Shown here piece after piece: positions 1-11,165 of a DNA stretch of 64,000 bases (the first letter of the stretch is position 1; each line of letters starts with the position of its first letter). Position numbers and translations under genes: made by a program. The notes below the pieces were generated by a model, which worked only from the letters and a program-made list of their open reading frames with translations, had not been told where the DNA came from and searched no databases. Location of the stretch: positions 1,364,001 through 1,428,000 of the forward strand of contig JAUPSS010000003.1 in NCBI GenBank assembly GCA_040285825.1, given 5' to 3'. Source of the stretch: Eukaryota sp. TZLM1-RC (Eukaryota > Protista > Metamonada: BaSk clade).

Positions 1-191
1 ATTTTTACAGCTGTTGTCCCGTAATTGTCTCCTGCTTTATTATCTCTTGGTCGCTTTTATGAAGGAAAAACTACCAGTCAATTTTTGTTGGCTGATTTGG
101 GATATGAATATTTAGTATCTTAAATCTTGTGTTTAGCTTTTTTGAAAATAATAAATTCAAAATTATTGAAAACCAATTCTTGAACATTTTT

Positions 192-544
192 TTTTAAATT
201 TAATTTTATTCTAAACCTATAAATCAACATCTAAAAAATCCATCTCTCCCAAAACAAAAACACTAGATGCAACTCTCTCATAGTGAGATCCAAGAGAAAG
301 CAAAGCATCAGAAACCATCTTCAACATCCCCTTAAAAATAGAAAACACAATTCTATTTTGCCAAAACAATCTGTTGAAATTTCTGCCAGTTCTTCTCTTT
401 ACAATCATTTCAAAATCATCCAAAAAACGTAAAGCAGTTGGTGCAAGTGAACCAAAAAGGGAAAATACAAATGGATACAAATTGTATTTTGCATGCTGTA
501 GACTGGCCAATTTGGACAAAGGTTCATTGTATTTTTTGAATTTA
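192..544 (-). mobile_element. 5'-truncated CRE-like (RLE) non-LTR retrotransposon, family A, with 17-bp target-site duplication
   Basis: ORF 217-519 (KYNLYPFVFSLFGSL...FWQNRIVFSIFKG) is homologous to the RLE C-terminus at 3770-4100. On the minus strand it ends in AATAAA plus an A-run. It is flanked by the direct repeat AATTCTTGAACATTTTT at 175-191 and 545-561. Confidence 0.85.
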
Positions 545-594
545 AATTCTTGAACATTTTTGTTCTCTATTTCTAACCCTAAAATTGCTTGGTT

Positions 595-1674
595 ATGATT
601 GAACTCCCAAGTGATTGGTATGACGCCATTCTTGATGGTGTACCCTTCGATGTTGGAGTCAGATGTGCTAATGGGACTCTTTGGTCGTCAATCAAACCAT
701 CTACAAACTTATTGTCTCTTGAAGTAGAAGATAGCACGTTTAGCATTATTGACTACTCTCAGGATCGGCGTTACATAAAACTGTCTACACCAGACTTCAT
801 GAGCACCTTCTTTTCCCCTTATCATCATTTTTCAAATGTTCATCCTTGCTCATCATTTATTTATTCAATGGATATTGCTGAGGTTGAATCGATTGGTATA
901 TCTGGTGCCGAAAACGGTGATTTGAGAGCTTGGGACGTTCGTTCGGGAGAACCTCTCCGTACTTACGAAGGCCATGTAGGTGATATCAACCATTGTTGTT
1001 TGTTTCCTTCAAAAAAAGTCTTACTCAGTTGTTCATCTGATTTGTCTATTCGAATTTGGGATCTTTTTACTGGTAGGTGTGCAAGAACGCTCAATCCCCA
1101 CAGATCCAGTATTCGTAAAGTACTTCCTGTGCGTGTTGGGCGTGAGGTGGTCAGTCTAGAGAGACTGGGAATGGTGTGTGTAACTGAGGTAGCAAATGGG
1201 TGTGTTCTGTGGGAGCACCATTTCGATTCAGCCATGGACATTGATGTTTGCCAATCTCACATTGTAGTGTTGACCTCAACATCATCCTTTTTCGTTTGCA
1301 TTGATTCACATAACATTACTGAAGTAATCCACCCAGCGACATTTGAGCAGCCTAAATCGATTGGTTTTATTGATGATGAAACTGTTGTAGTTGGAGGTAG
1401 GTCCGGGATTCTAAACGCTAATATCAAAGGAGAAACCATTACCATTCGTCCAATTGATGGTACTATCACTAAGATTCTGTTCAGCAATAACAGAGTATTT
1501 TTCTCCATTACAAGTACAGTATATTCACTAAGTATAGAAGATGTAACAGTTGGTAATTGTGCTTCTTTATCTGTGTTTCAAATACCAAGAGCTCATGACG
1601 TTTTCAACTTCAGTGTGAGCAAGAGTTTATGGGTAGCATCAAATGAGGGAATATCACAGTTTAATTTGATATAA
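595..1674 (+). CDS. WD40-repeat protein, proteasomal ATPase-associated factor (PAAF1/Rpn14)-like
   Basis: WD40 repeats; GHVGDINHCCLFPSKKVLLSCSSDLSIRIWD matches the Rpn14/PAAF1-type GH..D.....FPSG.V.LS...D...KIW repeat; ATG at 595. Confidence 0.7.
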   Translation: MIELPSDWYDAILDGVPFDVGVRCANGTLWSSIKPSTNLLSLEVEDSTFSIIDYSQDRRYIKLSTPDFMSTFFSPYHHFSNVHPCSSFIYSMDIAEVESIGISGAENGDLRAWDVRSGEPLRTYEGHVGDINHCCLFPSKKVLLSCSSDLSIRIWDLFTGRCARTLNPHRSSIRKVLPVRVGREVVSLERLGMVCVTEVANGCVLWEHHFDSAMDIDVCQSHIVVLTSTSSFFVCIDSHNITEVIHPATFEQPKSIGFIDDETVVVGGRSGILNANIKGETITIRPIDGTITKILFSNNRVFFSITSTVYSLSIEDVTVGNCASLSVFQIPRAHDVFNFSVSKSLWVASNEGISQFNLI

Positions 1675-2199
1675 AAGATGATAACGCCTAATTGTTTGAA
1701 GTATTGATGATAATCAATTTCATGAAACTAAGAGAACAAACCCTGGAATATTCTCAAAGTACATCACCTGTCTACTTCATTACAGTAATTGAATTAACCG
1801 AATGTTCCAGTTTTTGTAGATCCAATCAATGAGTAACACGTTGCTTCTAGTGGCGTCAGATTGAATAATTGTAGAGCCCATTTGTTCTTGATTTTGGATT
1901 TGCTAATTTTATTTAAAATAAAATTCAGTTTACGCTTTTTTTTCTTCATTGTTTTTCTACAAAGGTTTAATTCAAATTTCATAATGTCATTCAAAAACAA
2001 AAAAAATGAGACATGAGAAATGGTAAATTGACATATTTCGTCAATTTTCTTAGATCGACACTGAAGGCTTAGGCATTAATTATGATGCCGTGGCATTTGT
2101 ATCAATTGTTCAATTACTATTAAAAAACGTCTCTTTCCATTACTTCTGCACATCACCAACACACACTTTGTACATTCCGTACACACCCCACCAAATACT

Positions 2200-2371
2200 T
2201 GGTGGCTATAAATGGTCGAGTAAGAAAACCAATTCTATTCCAATTGAATTCCAATCTAAGGATGACTTAGAGGAAGTTCTAATAGTGGCGGCCTTGCAGC
2301 ATGGGTTTGCTTTAAGTTTGAAATCATCTTATAGTTATTACTCTATTAAATCAATAAATACAGATGGTTGA
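2200..2371 (+). pseudogene. possible FAR1/MULE-type DNA-binding domain fragment
   Basis: EFQSKDDLEEVLIVAALQHGFALSLKSS resembles the F.S.....l..yA...GF.l...sS start of FAR1/Mutator transposase N-termini; short and isolated. Confidence 0.25.
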
Positions 2372-2870
2372 ATAATTAATAAAATAATGAAATCTATAGA
2401 ACTTGAGAAAATTTGTCACAAGACAGTTCTTCTCGAAGTTGTGAATTTAGGTATCACTTTACGATTTCTTTTCAAAATTCTAAATTAAAACATCCTCCAG
2501 CTGATTAAATTGAGTTAAATCACCAATCCAAAAACCTTTAGCGGATTAAAATCAAAAACAAACCCGAAAAACACCTCAAACTTTACAGGTTGAATCAGGT
2601 AACTGAAAAATCGGTGAAGCAGTTCCATGAGGCCTGGGGCAGTGTCATCACTGTAAAAGTTTTAAGATACTAATTTTCTGCTCCCACAATTCTCATAATG
2701 GCTGAGAGATCAGAGGTGTTTAAGAGACAACAGTTTCAAAGCAATGATATTGAACCACTACTGAAGTCCTGCAAGATGTTGGAAATGGTTCTGTATCAGT
2801 CCGATTTATCAAATTGGCCTTGGAAGAGGCGAAATTTGGCTCTGAAACAACTTAAACTATCAAGGTAACT

Positions 2871-4128
2871 AGTAATGAATCTTTAATTTGAAGTCATGTT
2901 TTTTGTTCTGCTGAGTTAGGTGGAATTGGTTTCACGAAGTCTTCGATTTTATGTAAACCAGCTTTTTTAGTAGGTCAAAAAAAATATTATTTTTGAATTT
3001 TTCCAAAGGTTCCCTTATGATGATCATATGATCCATGGTGAATCTAATTGTTGTTTGAATCAACTTCAAATTGAATTAGATAATTTGCCTAGTGATATCT
3101 GGATTCAGTGTTTTCCTCAAAATGTTCAAGAAATTGCCAACCGATCACTTCCAAATTACGTTTTTGCCCGAAAAAGCTTCAGCACCATCTGGTTAAATAA
3201 TATGAAAGCTTGGATTATGAAGTAAGACTTGGCTTGTCCAAAACTGAAAATCCCGCTTTCGGTAATTTTTTAAAGGACATTCGTGATAGTTCTGCTGCTG
3301 CTTTAGTAACTCTAATTCCCTCTGTTTATGGACTTTTGTTAAAAAACAATGAATGGCTTTTAAACATGCGTTTTCGTTGTTTTCTGTGGCCAAACAATTT
3401 GCCCAATCATTTAACTTGTAAATGTGGTAAACCTCTTTTGTTTACTCATCTTTTGAACTGTAAACATTTCATTACATTTAGAAGCAAAGTGCATAATAAC
3501 GTCAGGGACCAAATTTATGTAATGTGCAAATCATATCGAGTAGATTCCTTTTTAGAACCGCTGTTATCAAAATTAATTCTTGATAATCCCAATATTGATA
3601 GTACGCGTCACAACAGAGCTTCTATGGGTCTGACAAAAGGTGATCTAGTTGTTCACGGTTTAAATGGTAGTTTTACTATTTTAGACGCCATGTCTATTGA
3701 CCCTTGTAATTCCTCTAACGAACATCTCATTAACTCGGATGTAAATAATCCTCTTCTTGCAGGCGAAAAATATAAAATTGCTAAATATGCGAAACCCATT
3801 TCCTCGATTAATGAAAATTCTCATGCCCAATATAATTTATGTCCTTTTGTTTTTTCTTTGCTTTGATCTTTGGGTAAGGCTGCTATGGCTTTCCTTGAGG
3901 ATTTTGTTGTAGTTGTAAAGGAAAGAACTGGAAGAATTTTCAATCGTGTTTACTGGCAAAACAGGATTGTATTTTCTATTTTTAAGGGAATGGTAAAACT
4001 GATTGCTGATTCACTGTCTTCTTTTGGGAAATTTTCTGAATCTTTGGCAATTAATTGTTTTGATGTAGGGGAGGCAGGTTTTGAGGATGTGGAGTTTTAA
4101 TTGTGTATTTTATGTTTTCAAAAACAAA
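2871..4128 (+). mobile_element. CRE-like RLE non-LTR retrotransposon, family A, 5'-truncated and disrupted (thumb, Zn knuckle, RLE)
   Basis: LGGIG thumb motif near 2915; CKCG...HLLNC zinc knuckle followed by VHNNVRD, EP, GD..D and K..KY RLE motifs; in-frame TGA at 3864-3866 and frameshifts; near-perfect 12-bp direct repeat ATCAAGGTAACT (2859-2870) / ATCAAAGTAACT (4129-4140). Confidence 0.85.
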
Positions 4129-4162
4129 ATCAAAGTAACTTTGATTCAAAGTTCCTATTGCT

Positions 4163-7100
4163 ATGAAAGCTTCTGGGCCAGATGTTTCCCCAGAACCACC
4201 CATATCCCCTAATGATCCTTGTTTAGACCATCAGTCACATACACCTATCTTTTCTCCGACTCAATTTAGTCCAGAACCCAGATCTTCATTTGCAAACCCT
4301 TTGCTCTCCAGTAAAGTGTCCCCAAGATCTCATCGGACACCCGCTTTCAGCTCTCGCAGCTCACGCACACCTCGCTCATCCAGTCATCACCTCAATTCTG
4401 AACGTACTGTCTCAGATGCCCAACGACGATGCCAGGCACGTGTCCGCCATGTTAAACAACGTGAAGAGGAAGCCAAGAAACTACAGGAGAAGAGAGGTCA
4501 AGAACTTCACGCTGAACGTAAAAGACGACGAAGATTAGAAGAACTCAAAGCTTTAGTCCTACTACGTGAGTCAGAGGACAAGGCACTGGTTAAGAAGAGA
4601 GGAGAAGCGTTGATGAAGGAAAAGAAAGCCATAAAGTCCATGGAACACGAATTCAAATCGTGGCGCCGACAAATGACTGAAGGTTTGGTTAGATTAAAAG
4701 AACAAGCCGAGACCTTTGCAGTAAAGTTGTCTGAAGCCATTGGTAAGGAACGTAGACTATTCAACACTAAGCTTTACCACCTGGAAATGTTCTATCATCC
4801 AATGGAAATCGCGATGATGTCATATCACGATATTGATTGCCAATCAGTTGTCGAAGCTACAGATCACTCAAAAGCTTTATTATCAGTTGTTTCTATTAAA
4901 ATTAATTCAATTTCTATGGAAATGGAGGATAACCTTTCAAGAATAAGAGAAATACTGGAAGAACAGCATTTTGTAACCAATACTATTGAGAATGTTTCTT
5001 GTCAGCATCAATCCAAAATTTCCGAAATTAGTGAGAATAGATCAATGAGGGATCAAGTTTTGAGTGACATTCAAGAGGAAATTAATGTCTTGGAGAAGTC
5101 CTTATCTGATGTCATGAATTATTTAACGAATTTTAATTGTGAAATTGAGAATTTTCCAGAAGAAGAGTCTTTTAAAGAGATGATTAATTCTACTAAAAAG
5201 TCTGTTTCTTCTTTAAAATATGAATTAATTGATCAAAAATCCCATTTAAAGTCCCTTGAACAACAGTTTTCCAGGCTTGATGGTCAGTATTCAAGATTAA
5301 CTGGACAAAAAAAGCAGTTGGAGGATGAATACAATCAATTTTATGATGAGATCAATCAGCACCAATCAAATTTGATTGATTTTGAAGAACAGTATGGTAT
5401 TGAGGTAAGAATGGCAGTCTTAGATGCTGAGAACAATTTGGATATTACCTCATCAGAAGTTAAATTGGACGGAATTAAGCAGGAAATTAATGAATTAAAA
5501 CAAAAAGAATTTGAAACAAGTCGTCAAATTAAAGCAAAAACATCTAAATTACAAGAATTAGAATCTAAAAAGAGAGAAGTCCAAGTTGATTTTGAAAAGA
5601 AGTCCCTTTCTATCAAGCAAGATATTAGAAAAATCAGTGCTTTTGTAGAAAGAAAGCAACAAATTCTTAATTCACATGATGATCAAAATGATGAGCAATC
5701 AATTGTCGTTGGTGACGTCATCTCTGAATTGGTTAATGAAATTTCTGACATAGATTTGTCCTTACAAGAAGAGATCAATCAATCAGCTCATTTCTCAGCA
5801 GTTTGTGAATCACTTTTGTTTGAGATTTCTATTATTGAAGACTCAATAGCTCAGATCCTGGCCAACCCTGATGATCTCAGTGAAGTTATCAATATTTGGA
5901 GTCACCAGAATTCCCAAGAAAGTGATCTCCACCCTTTTGTCACGTCACCAGAGGATATTTCGCTTCTTTCTGAAAAACTCTATTCTCTTGGTCAATTCCA
6001 TGAAAAGTTTGATGATGCTCAAGAAACAAGTCTTAAACACCGTGATTTAGCCGAAGGATTGAGAAAGAAAATGAATTTGGCAGAGAGAAGGAAGGAAGTT
6101 TTACACCAAAATTTTGAGGACGACTCTACAGTGATCTCTTCTAAGAAATTGAGCCTTATTTATGACCTTACTGACGTTACTTTAATGAGAGAAGTCAAGG
6201 AAAATCTGTTGGATGAAGCTGAGTCTGAATATAATCGCTCAATCAACGGAATTGAAGCCGAAAGTAATTCACTTGCCAGTCAAATTGAAGAATTTAATGA
6301 CCAATTAGAGACTTACATTGTTCAATTAAGAGATAAGGAACTCTACTACAACAGATACTATGAAGACGAAGCCCAAAAGCAATACGACAAAACTGTGGAG
6401 CTATCATCTTTATCTGAAGAATTTTCCCATTTTGTCGAGCAAGAATTAGAAAAGTTCGTGTCTGACAACTCTGAAATGTTCTCGAAGCTCCGAAAGCAGT
6501 ATGGAGATGGAGTGGCTGTTCACATGATCAAAGACTATTGCATGGAGCAAAAGCAATTGTATTTGAAGGAAGTTGAGTCCAGGATGGCCAAGTTTAAGGA
6601 AATTGTTAAGGTAAAGGGTGAATTACAGCAACTCTGCCATTCAAAGAAGATTGAGATTGGCGAATTGAATCAGAAACTTAATGAGCTAGAAAAGGAGATC
6701 AATGAAGTTAAACAAAAGATTGAAAATCAAAAGACTACCATTGACCAAACAGAAGAGAATCTTGGAGCTTCTCAATCCAAAGTTGAACACCTTGAACGTG
6801 ATCTCTCCCAATCCACTAAAGCCTTCCAAGAAGGACATGCGATGTTTTATGAAGACCTCTGCGCAACCGTATCAGAACTAGAACATAGAATAAGGGTTAA
6901 GAGAGCTGAATACATCGAAGCCGAGACTGAGCATCAAAGTACATTGGCTGAGGAAGACGTCCTATTGACTAAACTGCAAGATCAGATTTCGAATTTATTA
7001 GAAACTCAGAACAAATTAATTGATGCCAACGCTGAAAAAGAGCAGCAGCTCAGAGAACGATGGCTCTTGCTCAAAAATGAACTAACACCTGCTGTGCAGG

Positions 7101-7753
7101 AAGCTAATACGATCATTGAGGATTGGAACTATTCCTTCAAAAATATTGCGAATCTTTCGTGTAGAGATCATACTCCAGAACTTCAAAAGATTATTAATGA
7201 ACATAATATCGCTGATAGAAGAAGAATCTCCCTTTATTGTTCATGGAAAAGGACTGTAGAGCAGCTTGAATCTGCTACAACACAACTCAATTACCAAATT
7301 CCAAGTATTCGTTGCTTTTTAGAGGAAAAATGGAGCTCATTTGATCAGAAGGCAGCCCAGTTGAGAGTTGAAGCTCATCAAAAGAGAGTATCCCTCACAG
7401 AACAAGCAGAACGGTTACGGTTGGAGATTCTGGCTGATGCTCAAAACTTTGCCAACAATCCTTTATTGGGCACATCACTAGTTGAGTCACAGTCACCCAA
7501 AAGAACTCAAAAAGAAACGGTGTCGTATTCTGATCTGCTGAAGAATCTTCCAACCGTGCCTTCAGAACTTCCCGACCTCCCTCAAATTCACAGGGAATTG
7601 GACTTTACTGAGTTCCAAGTCCAAGCTGGACCATTAAAAGTTCCAGCAGAAGTTGAAAGAAGGGGAGAAGCTTTGTTGCTAAATAAGAGTGGATCAAGGA
7701 AACCATTGCCAGATTTTGTTTCAACTTCACCATCATTTATGCATAAGAGTTAG
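4163..7753 (+). CDS. large coiled-coil protein (1196 aa), function unknown
   Basis: Long uninterrupted ORF with an S/P-rich N-terminus and extensive E/K/L/Q heptad-like composition; no catalytic motifs recognised. Confidence 0.8.
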   Translation: MKASGPDVSPEPPISPNDPCLDHQSHTPIFSPTQFSPEPRSSFANPLLSSKVSPRSHRTPAFSSRSSRTPRSSSHHLNSERTVSDAQRRCQARVRHVKQREEEAKKLQEKRGQELHAERKRRRRLEELKALVLLRESEDKALVKKRGEALMKEKKAIKSMEHEFKSWRRQMTEGLVRLKEQAETFAVKLSEAIGKERRLFNTKLYHLEMFYHPMEIAMMSYHDIDCQSVVEATDHSKALLSVVSIKINSISMEMEDNLSRIREILEEQHFVTNTIENVSCQHQSKISEISENRSMRDQVLSDIQEEINVLEKSLSDVMNYLTNFNCEIENFPEEESFKEMINSTKKSVSSLKYELIDQKSHLKSLEQQFSRLDGQYSRLTGQKKQLEDEYNQFYDEINQHQSNLIDFEEQYGIEVRMAVLDAENNLDITSSEVKLDGIKQEINELKQKEFETSRQIKAKTSKLQELESKKREVQVDFEKKSLSIKQDIRKISAFVERKQQILNSHDDQNDEQSIVVGDVISELVNEISDIDLSLQEEINQSAHFSAVCESLLFEISIIEDSIAQILANPDDLSEVINIWSHQNSQESDLHPFVTSPEDISLLSEKLYSLGQFHEKFDDAQETSLKHRDLAEGLRKKMNLAERRKEVLHQNFEDDSTVISSKKLSLIYDLTDVTLMREVKENLLDEAESEYNRSINGIEAESNSLASQIEEFNDQLETYIVQLRDKELYYNRYYEDEAQKQYDKTVELSSLSEEFSHFVEQELEKFVSDNSEMFSKLRKQYGDGVAVHMIKDYCMEQKQLYLKEVESRMAKFKEIVKVKGELQQLCHSKKIEIGELNQKLNELEKEINEVKQKIENQKTTIDQTEENLGASQSKVEHLERDLSQSTKAFQEGHAMFYEDLCATVSELEHRIRVKRAEYIEAETEHQSTLAEEDVLLTKLQDQISNLLETQNKLIDANAEKEQQLRERWLLLKNELTPAVQEANTIIEDWNYSFKNIANLSCRDHTPELQKIINEHNIADRRRISLYCSWKRTVEQLESATTQLNYQIPSIRCFLEEKWSSFDQKAAQLRVEAHQKRVSLTEQAERLRLEILADAQNFANNPLLGTSLVESQSPKRTQKETVSYSDLLKNLPTVPSELPDLPQIHRELDFTEFQVQAGPLKVPAEVERRGEALLLNKSGSRKPLPDFVSTSPSFMHKS

Positions 7754-7924
7754 AATTAGAATTTGTACTTGTAAAAAAGTGTTTATTTTCTCTTGATTAT
7801 TGGAGTTTTTATTTATAAATTTCTGTATTTTGCTTTGGTTTTTCATAATACTTTTGAACAACAATTGATATTAAAGAAAATTCAAATAGATTTGAATGAA
7901 AAGAAAAATGTATTTATTCGAATT

Positions 7925-8600
7925 CACCTCAACTCACTTTGCGCCATGCTCTAAATTGTTCTAAATTGATAACTTTTCGTTCTTCATTACATGATGCTGT
8001 TAGAGACACTGCTTTTAATATGGGACAAACTGCAAGAATATCGTGTATCAAAGAGCCTCTGCTGAAGGAAACACTGTCTCTGAATAATTTTGGTTCTAAT
8101 GATAAAGGTGATGTATACTGTGATTGGATTGATAATTCTGAAGCTATTGTTGACTTTGTCTCATGTAATGTTGCAAATGATACTTTGGTTCACAGAAGAA
8201 AACTTAATCCTGTGAGTGCTCTTGATTTTAAAGCAAAATAAAAACAAAGAAAATATGATAAAGATATTGAAGAGGCAAATGCTGATAGAAATACACAGCT
8301 AGTTTTATTGCATTCCCATTTTCGATAAATGGAAGATTATCAGATGAAGCAGAAATTTTTTTGAATGATTTCCAATAAATGGTTCAAGAATAAACAACGA
8401 AAAGATTTGACATTTTTTTATGGCGTTCTCGGATTCAATTTGCCATTATTAATAGATTACCTCGGTTTTTCAATCGAATAAGAGAAGCTTTAGCTAGACA
8501 ACAAGCAGATCAAGATTTTGTAGAGGAAATCTTGGTTCAATGATAGTCGTCCCATTAGTTATGAATTAATTTAATTCAGTGTACATGTTCAATAAATATC
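7925..8600 (+). mobile_element. CRE-like RLE non-LTR retrotransposon, family B, 3' fragment
   Basis: HALNC...LHDAVRD...KEPLL...GD...VDF...K..KYDKD RLE motifs; ends QQADQDFVEEILVQ* with 3'UTR tcgtcccattagttatga...gttcaataaat shared with copies at 16278 and 24994; internal stops. Confidence 0.85.
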
Positions 8601-8816
8601 AATTGTTATGATAACCATGGCACAAATTAATTTACCGAAATGGCTGCAAGGAACACTGTCTTCAATTGGGTTTTTTCAGTTTCTGCTCTTTTCCTATGGT
8701 TCTGTACACTTGTAAAACAATATCTCAACTTCGTGCTTTAAGTTGAGTCAAACGGATTCGAGTCAATCTTTTTGGTCAAAAAAAGGAATAAAATCTTCCT
8801 CAGTTTAGTAATTTAA

Positions 8817-11066
8817 ATGCAAAACCAAAACCCCTTTGATCACCCTCTAGATGATGCTCAAAAGGGGTCATATAAGCTTTGGAAACACTATCTAGATAGA
8901 GTTTGCAGCTATACATACTCATTTCCTCCTAATCATGATTCTTGGAATTTACTTATCAACACATTTGAAGAAGCATTACATTACATGCGCAGAATGCCGG
9001 TTATATGGGAACTATATCTTACAGCTCTTCAAAAATCTTTCAGAATAACCCTTACCAGACGTTCTTTTGATCGGGCCCTCAGATCACTACCCCTCACTCA
9101 ACATTATCGAATATGGCCTCTCTACCTCAACTTCTGCAGACTCTCTCATGTTCCTCATGCCACTTCCAACTTGATCATCAGAAGGTATCTTCAGTATGAC
9201 CCTTCTGCGACGTCTCTTGCTGTCAATTTCTTCAAAACAGTTGGTAACTATTTAGATCTATTCAAGTTTCTTAAACAAAAGGAGACCAAAACTAAGCAAG
9301 ATTGGTTAGAATTAGCAAGATCGGCAGCTTCCGTAAACGAGCCAGTCAAAAATGACCCTGATTTTGACCCATATGTTATCAAAACGGCAATCAATCATTT
9401 TGATTACTCAGATGATGGTCTTGTCGGGGAACTCTGGGTGTCCCTGGCTCAGTGCACTGCTCGTGATTCAACTATATTTTCAGCGCGAAGTATTTATCTT
9501 GAAGCATTAAATACTTGCAAATCAAGAGCTGATTTTGCTGTGGTTTATGAAGCTTTTACCTTATTCGAGGAAGCAAATATTGCAGAATTCTCGAAACTTA
9601 ATAATAAATCTCAATTAGAAATTACTATAGGTCTATTGGAGAAGTTGTTGGAAGTCCGGCCTCTTCTTTTGAATTCTATTGAAATCAAGCAGCAACCTCA
9701 ATCAATTCCTAGTTGGATTAGCAGAGTTAGAATTTTGCAAACATTTGATTTCAAGATGGCAGCTTCTGTTGATAAATTGTTATGTTTTGTTGCTAGCAAA
9801 ATTCCTCCAGGAGGATGCTCCGGTAAGTTTGTCTCTTTATACGTGATGCTGGCACGTCATAGGTTCAAATATGCGCACTTTCTGAACCTATCATTTGATC
9901 AGGCCATTGCTGAACTTAGATCAGTTTTCAAACACGGTCTAGCTCAAAAAGCCTGGAAATTCGAAGACCGCAGTCTATTAGTTACTTCATGGGCCGAAAA
10001 TGAATTACTCTACTCAAACGATTTGAATTCTGCAGTCAACGCCTTGTTTCTTGGCCTTGGAATCGACTCTTCCCATCATCTCTCGCCTTCTTCTCCTTTG
10101 CCTGGAGATTTATTTCATGAACTACCCCCAAAACCTTTGAACTTTGAGTACGATGTTGACGATTTGTATAACGAAGTGGATAATGTTGAGTTTACACTAT
10201 CAAACTCAGTGCTTGAATTAGCTCAAAAAAGAACCGATTTTGATCTCTATTCTTGCCAACGATCGCAAGAAGTTTGGTGTTTCCTTTATGATTGTCTATT
10301 TCAACAATCTGACTGGATCAAAATGTGTAATATTTTCGACCGCTGTTCTACTTTTAGTTTAAAACTCTTATTGCACCATGCTCACGTCATCCAATCAAAT
10401 ATGAATGATTTTGAGCGATCATTTTCTTTTTACGAAAAGGGACTTGCAATTCTTCCGAAAGAGGATCATTTAACCATATGGTCATTTTACCTGACAGAGT
10501 TGCTTTCTTTCTACAAATTCAAAGCAATGGAACGTTTCCGTTTTCTCTTCAGGGACTGTGTGTCTCAAATAGATCCGAAAGACTCTAAACACATCCGGTT
10601 ATTGGGATTTTATGCCGAAGCCAAGTATGGAAGACCCAGATATGCGATTTATACCTTGGTGAATGCTTTAAAGTTCCTTACTGGTGAAGATAAGATTGAG
10701 TTTTCTGAATATTTGTTGACTTATTCTATTAATCATTTTGGATTAGAGAAATCTAGAGAGTATTTTGATTTAATAATTTCTCAATCTGATATTTTCAATT
10801 GCATTCGCTTTTCTCTCATTTACGCTAAATTTGAGTTGCTAGTTTCAGAGTATGAAAGGGTTCGTTCTATCTACAAATACGCTGCAAGTCTCTCTCCTCC
10901 AAGTTCTAATCTTTTGGAAATTTGGAGTCAATGGAAGTCCTTTGAACTGAGTCATGGAACTGAGGAAACATATGCGGAGTTCAATTCCACTCGAGTGACC
11001 GTGCAACAAAGATTTGATGTTGAAGGAAAACAAAAAGAAGTTAAGTTTGTAGAAAAGCAGTCTTGA
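8817..11066 (+). CDS. SYF1: pre-mRNA splicing factor SYF1/XAB2 (HAT repeats)
   Basis: GSYKLW..YL, FE.AL..M..MP.IW..YL, ITLTRRSFDRALRSLPLTQH.RIWPLYL and C-terminal W..FEL.HG.EET are SYF1 hallmarks. Confidence 0.9.
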   Translation: MQNQNPFDHPLDDAQKGSYKLWKHYLDRVCSYTYSFPPNHDSWNLLINTFEEALHYMRRMPVIWELYLTALQKSFRITLTRRSFDRALRSLPLTQHYRIWPLYLNFCRLSHVPHATSNLIIRRYLQYDPSATSLAVNFFKTVGNYLDLFKFLKQKETKTKQDWLELARSAASVNEPVKNDPDFDPYVIKTAINHFDYSDDGLVGELWVSLAQCTARDSTIFSARSIYLEALNTCKSRADFAVVYEAFTLFEEANIAEFSKLNNKSQLEITIGLLEKLLEVRPLLLNSIEIKQQPQSIPSWISRVRILQTFDFKMAASVDKLLCFVASKIPPGGCSGKFVSLYVMLARHRFKYAHFLNLSFDQAIAELRSVFKHGLAQKAWKFEDRSLLVTSWAENELLYSNDLNSAVNALFLGLGIDSSHHLSPSSPLPGDLFHELPPKPLNFEYDVDDLYNEVDNVEFTLSNSVLELAQKRTDFDLYSCQRSQEVWCFLYDCLFQQSDWIKMCNIFDRCSTFSLKLLLHHAHVIQSNMNDFERSFSFYEKGLAILPKEDHLTIWSFYLTELLSFYKFKAMERFRFLFRDCVSQIDPKDSKHIRLLGFYAEAKYGRPRYAIYTLVNALKFLTGEDKIEFSEYLLTYSINHFGLEKSREYFDLIISQSDIFNCIRFSLIYAKFELLVSEYERVRSIYKYAASLSPPSSNLLEIWSQWKSFELSHGTEETYAEFNSTRVTVQQRFDVEGKQKEVKFVEKQS

Positions 11067-11165
11067 TTTAATAGAAAAAAATAAATAAAATTAATTTAAT
11101 AAAATTAAAACAATGTTTATTATATTATAAAATAATGTTTATTACAGCAATAAATACATACTCAA

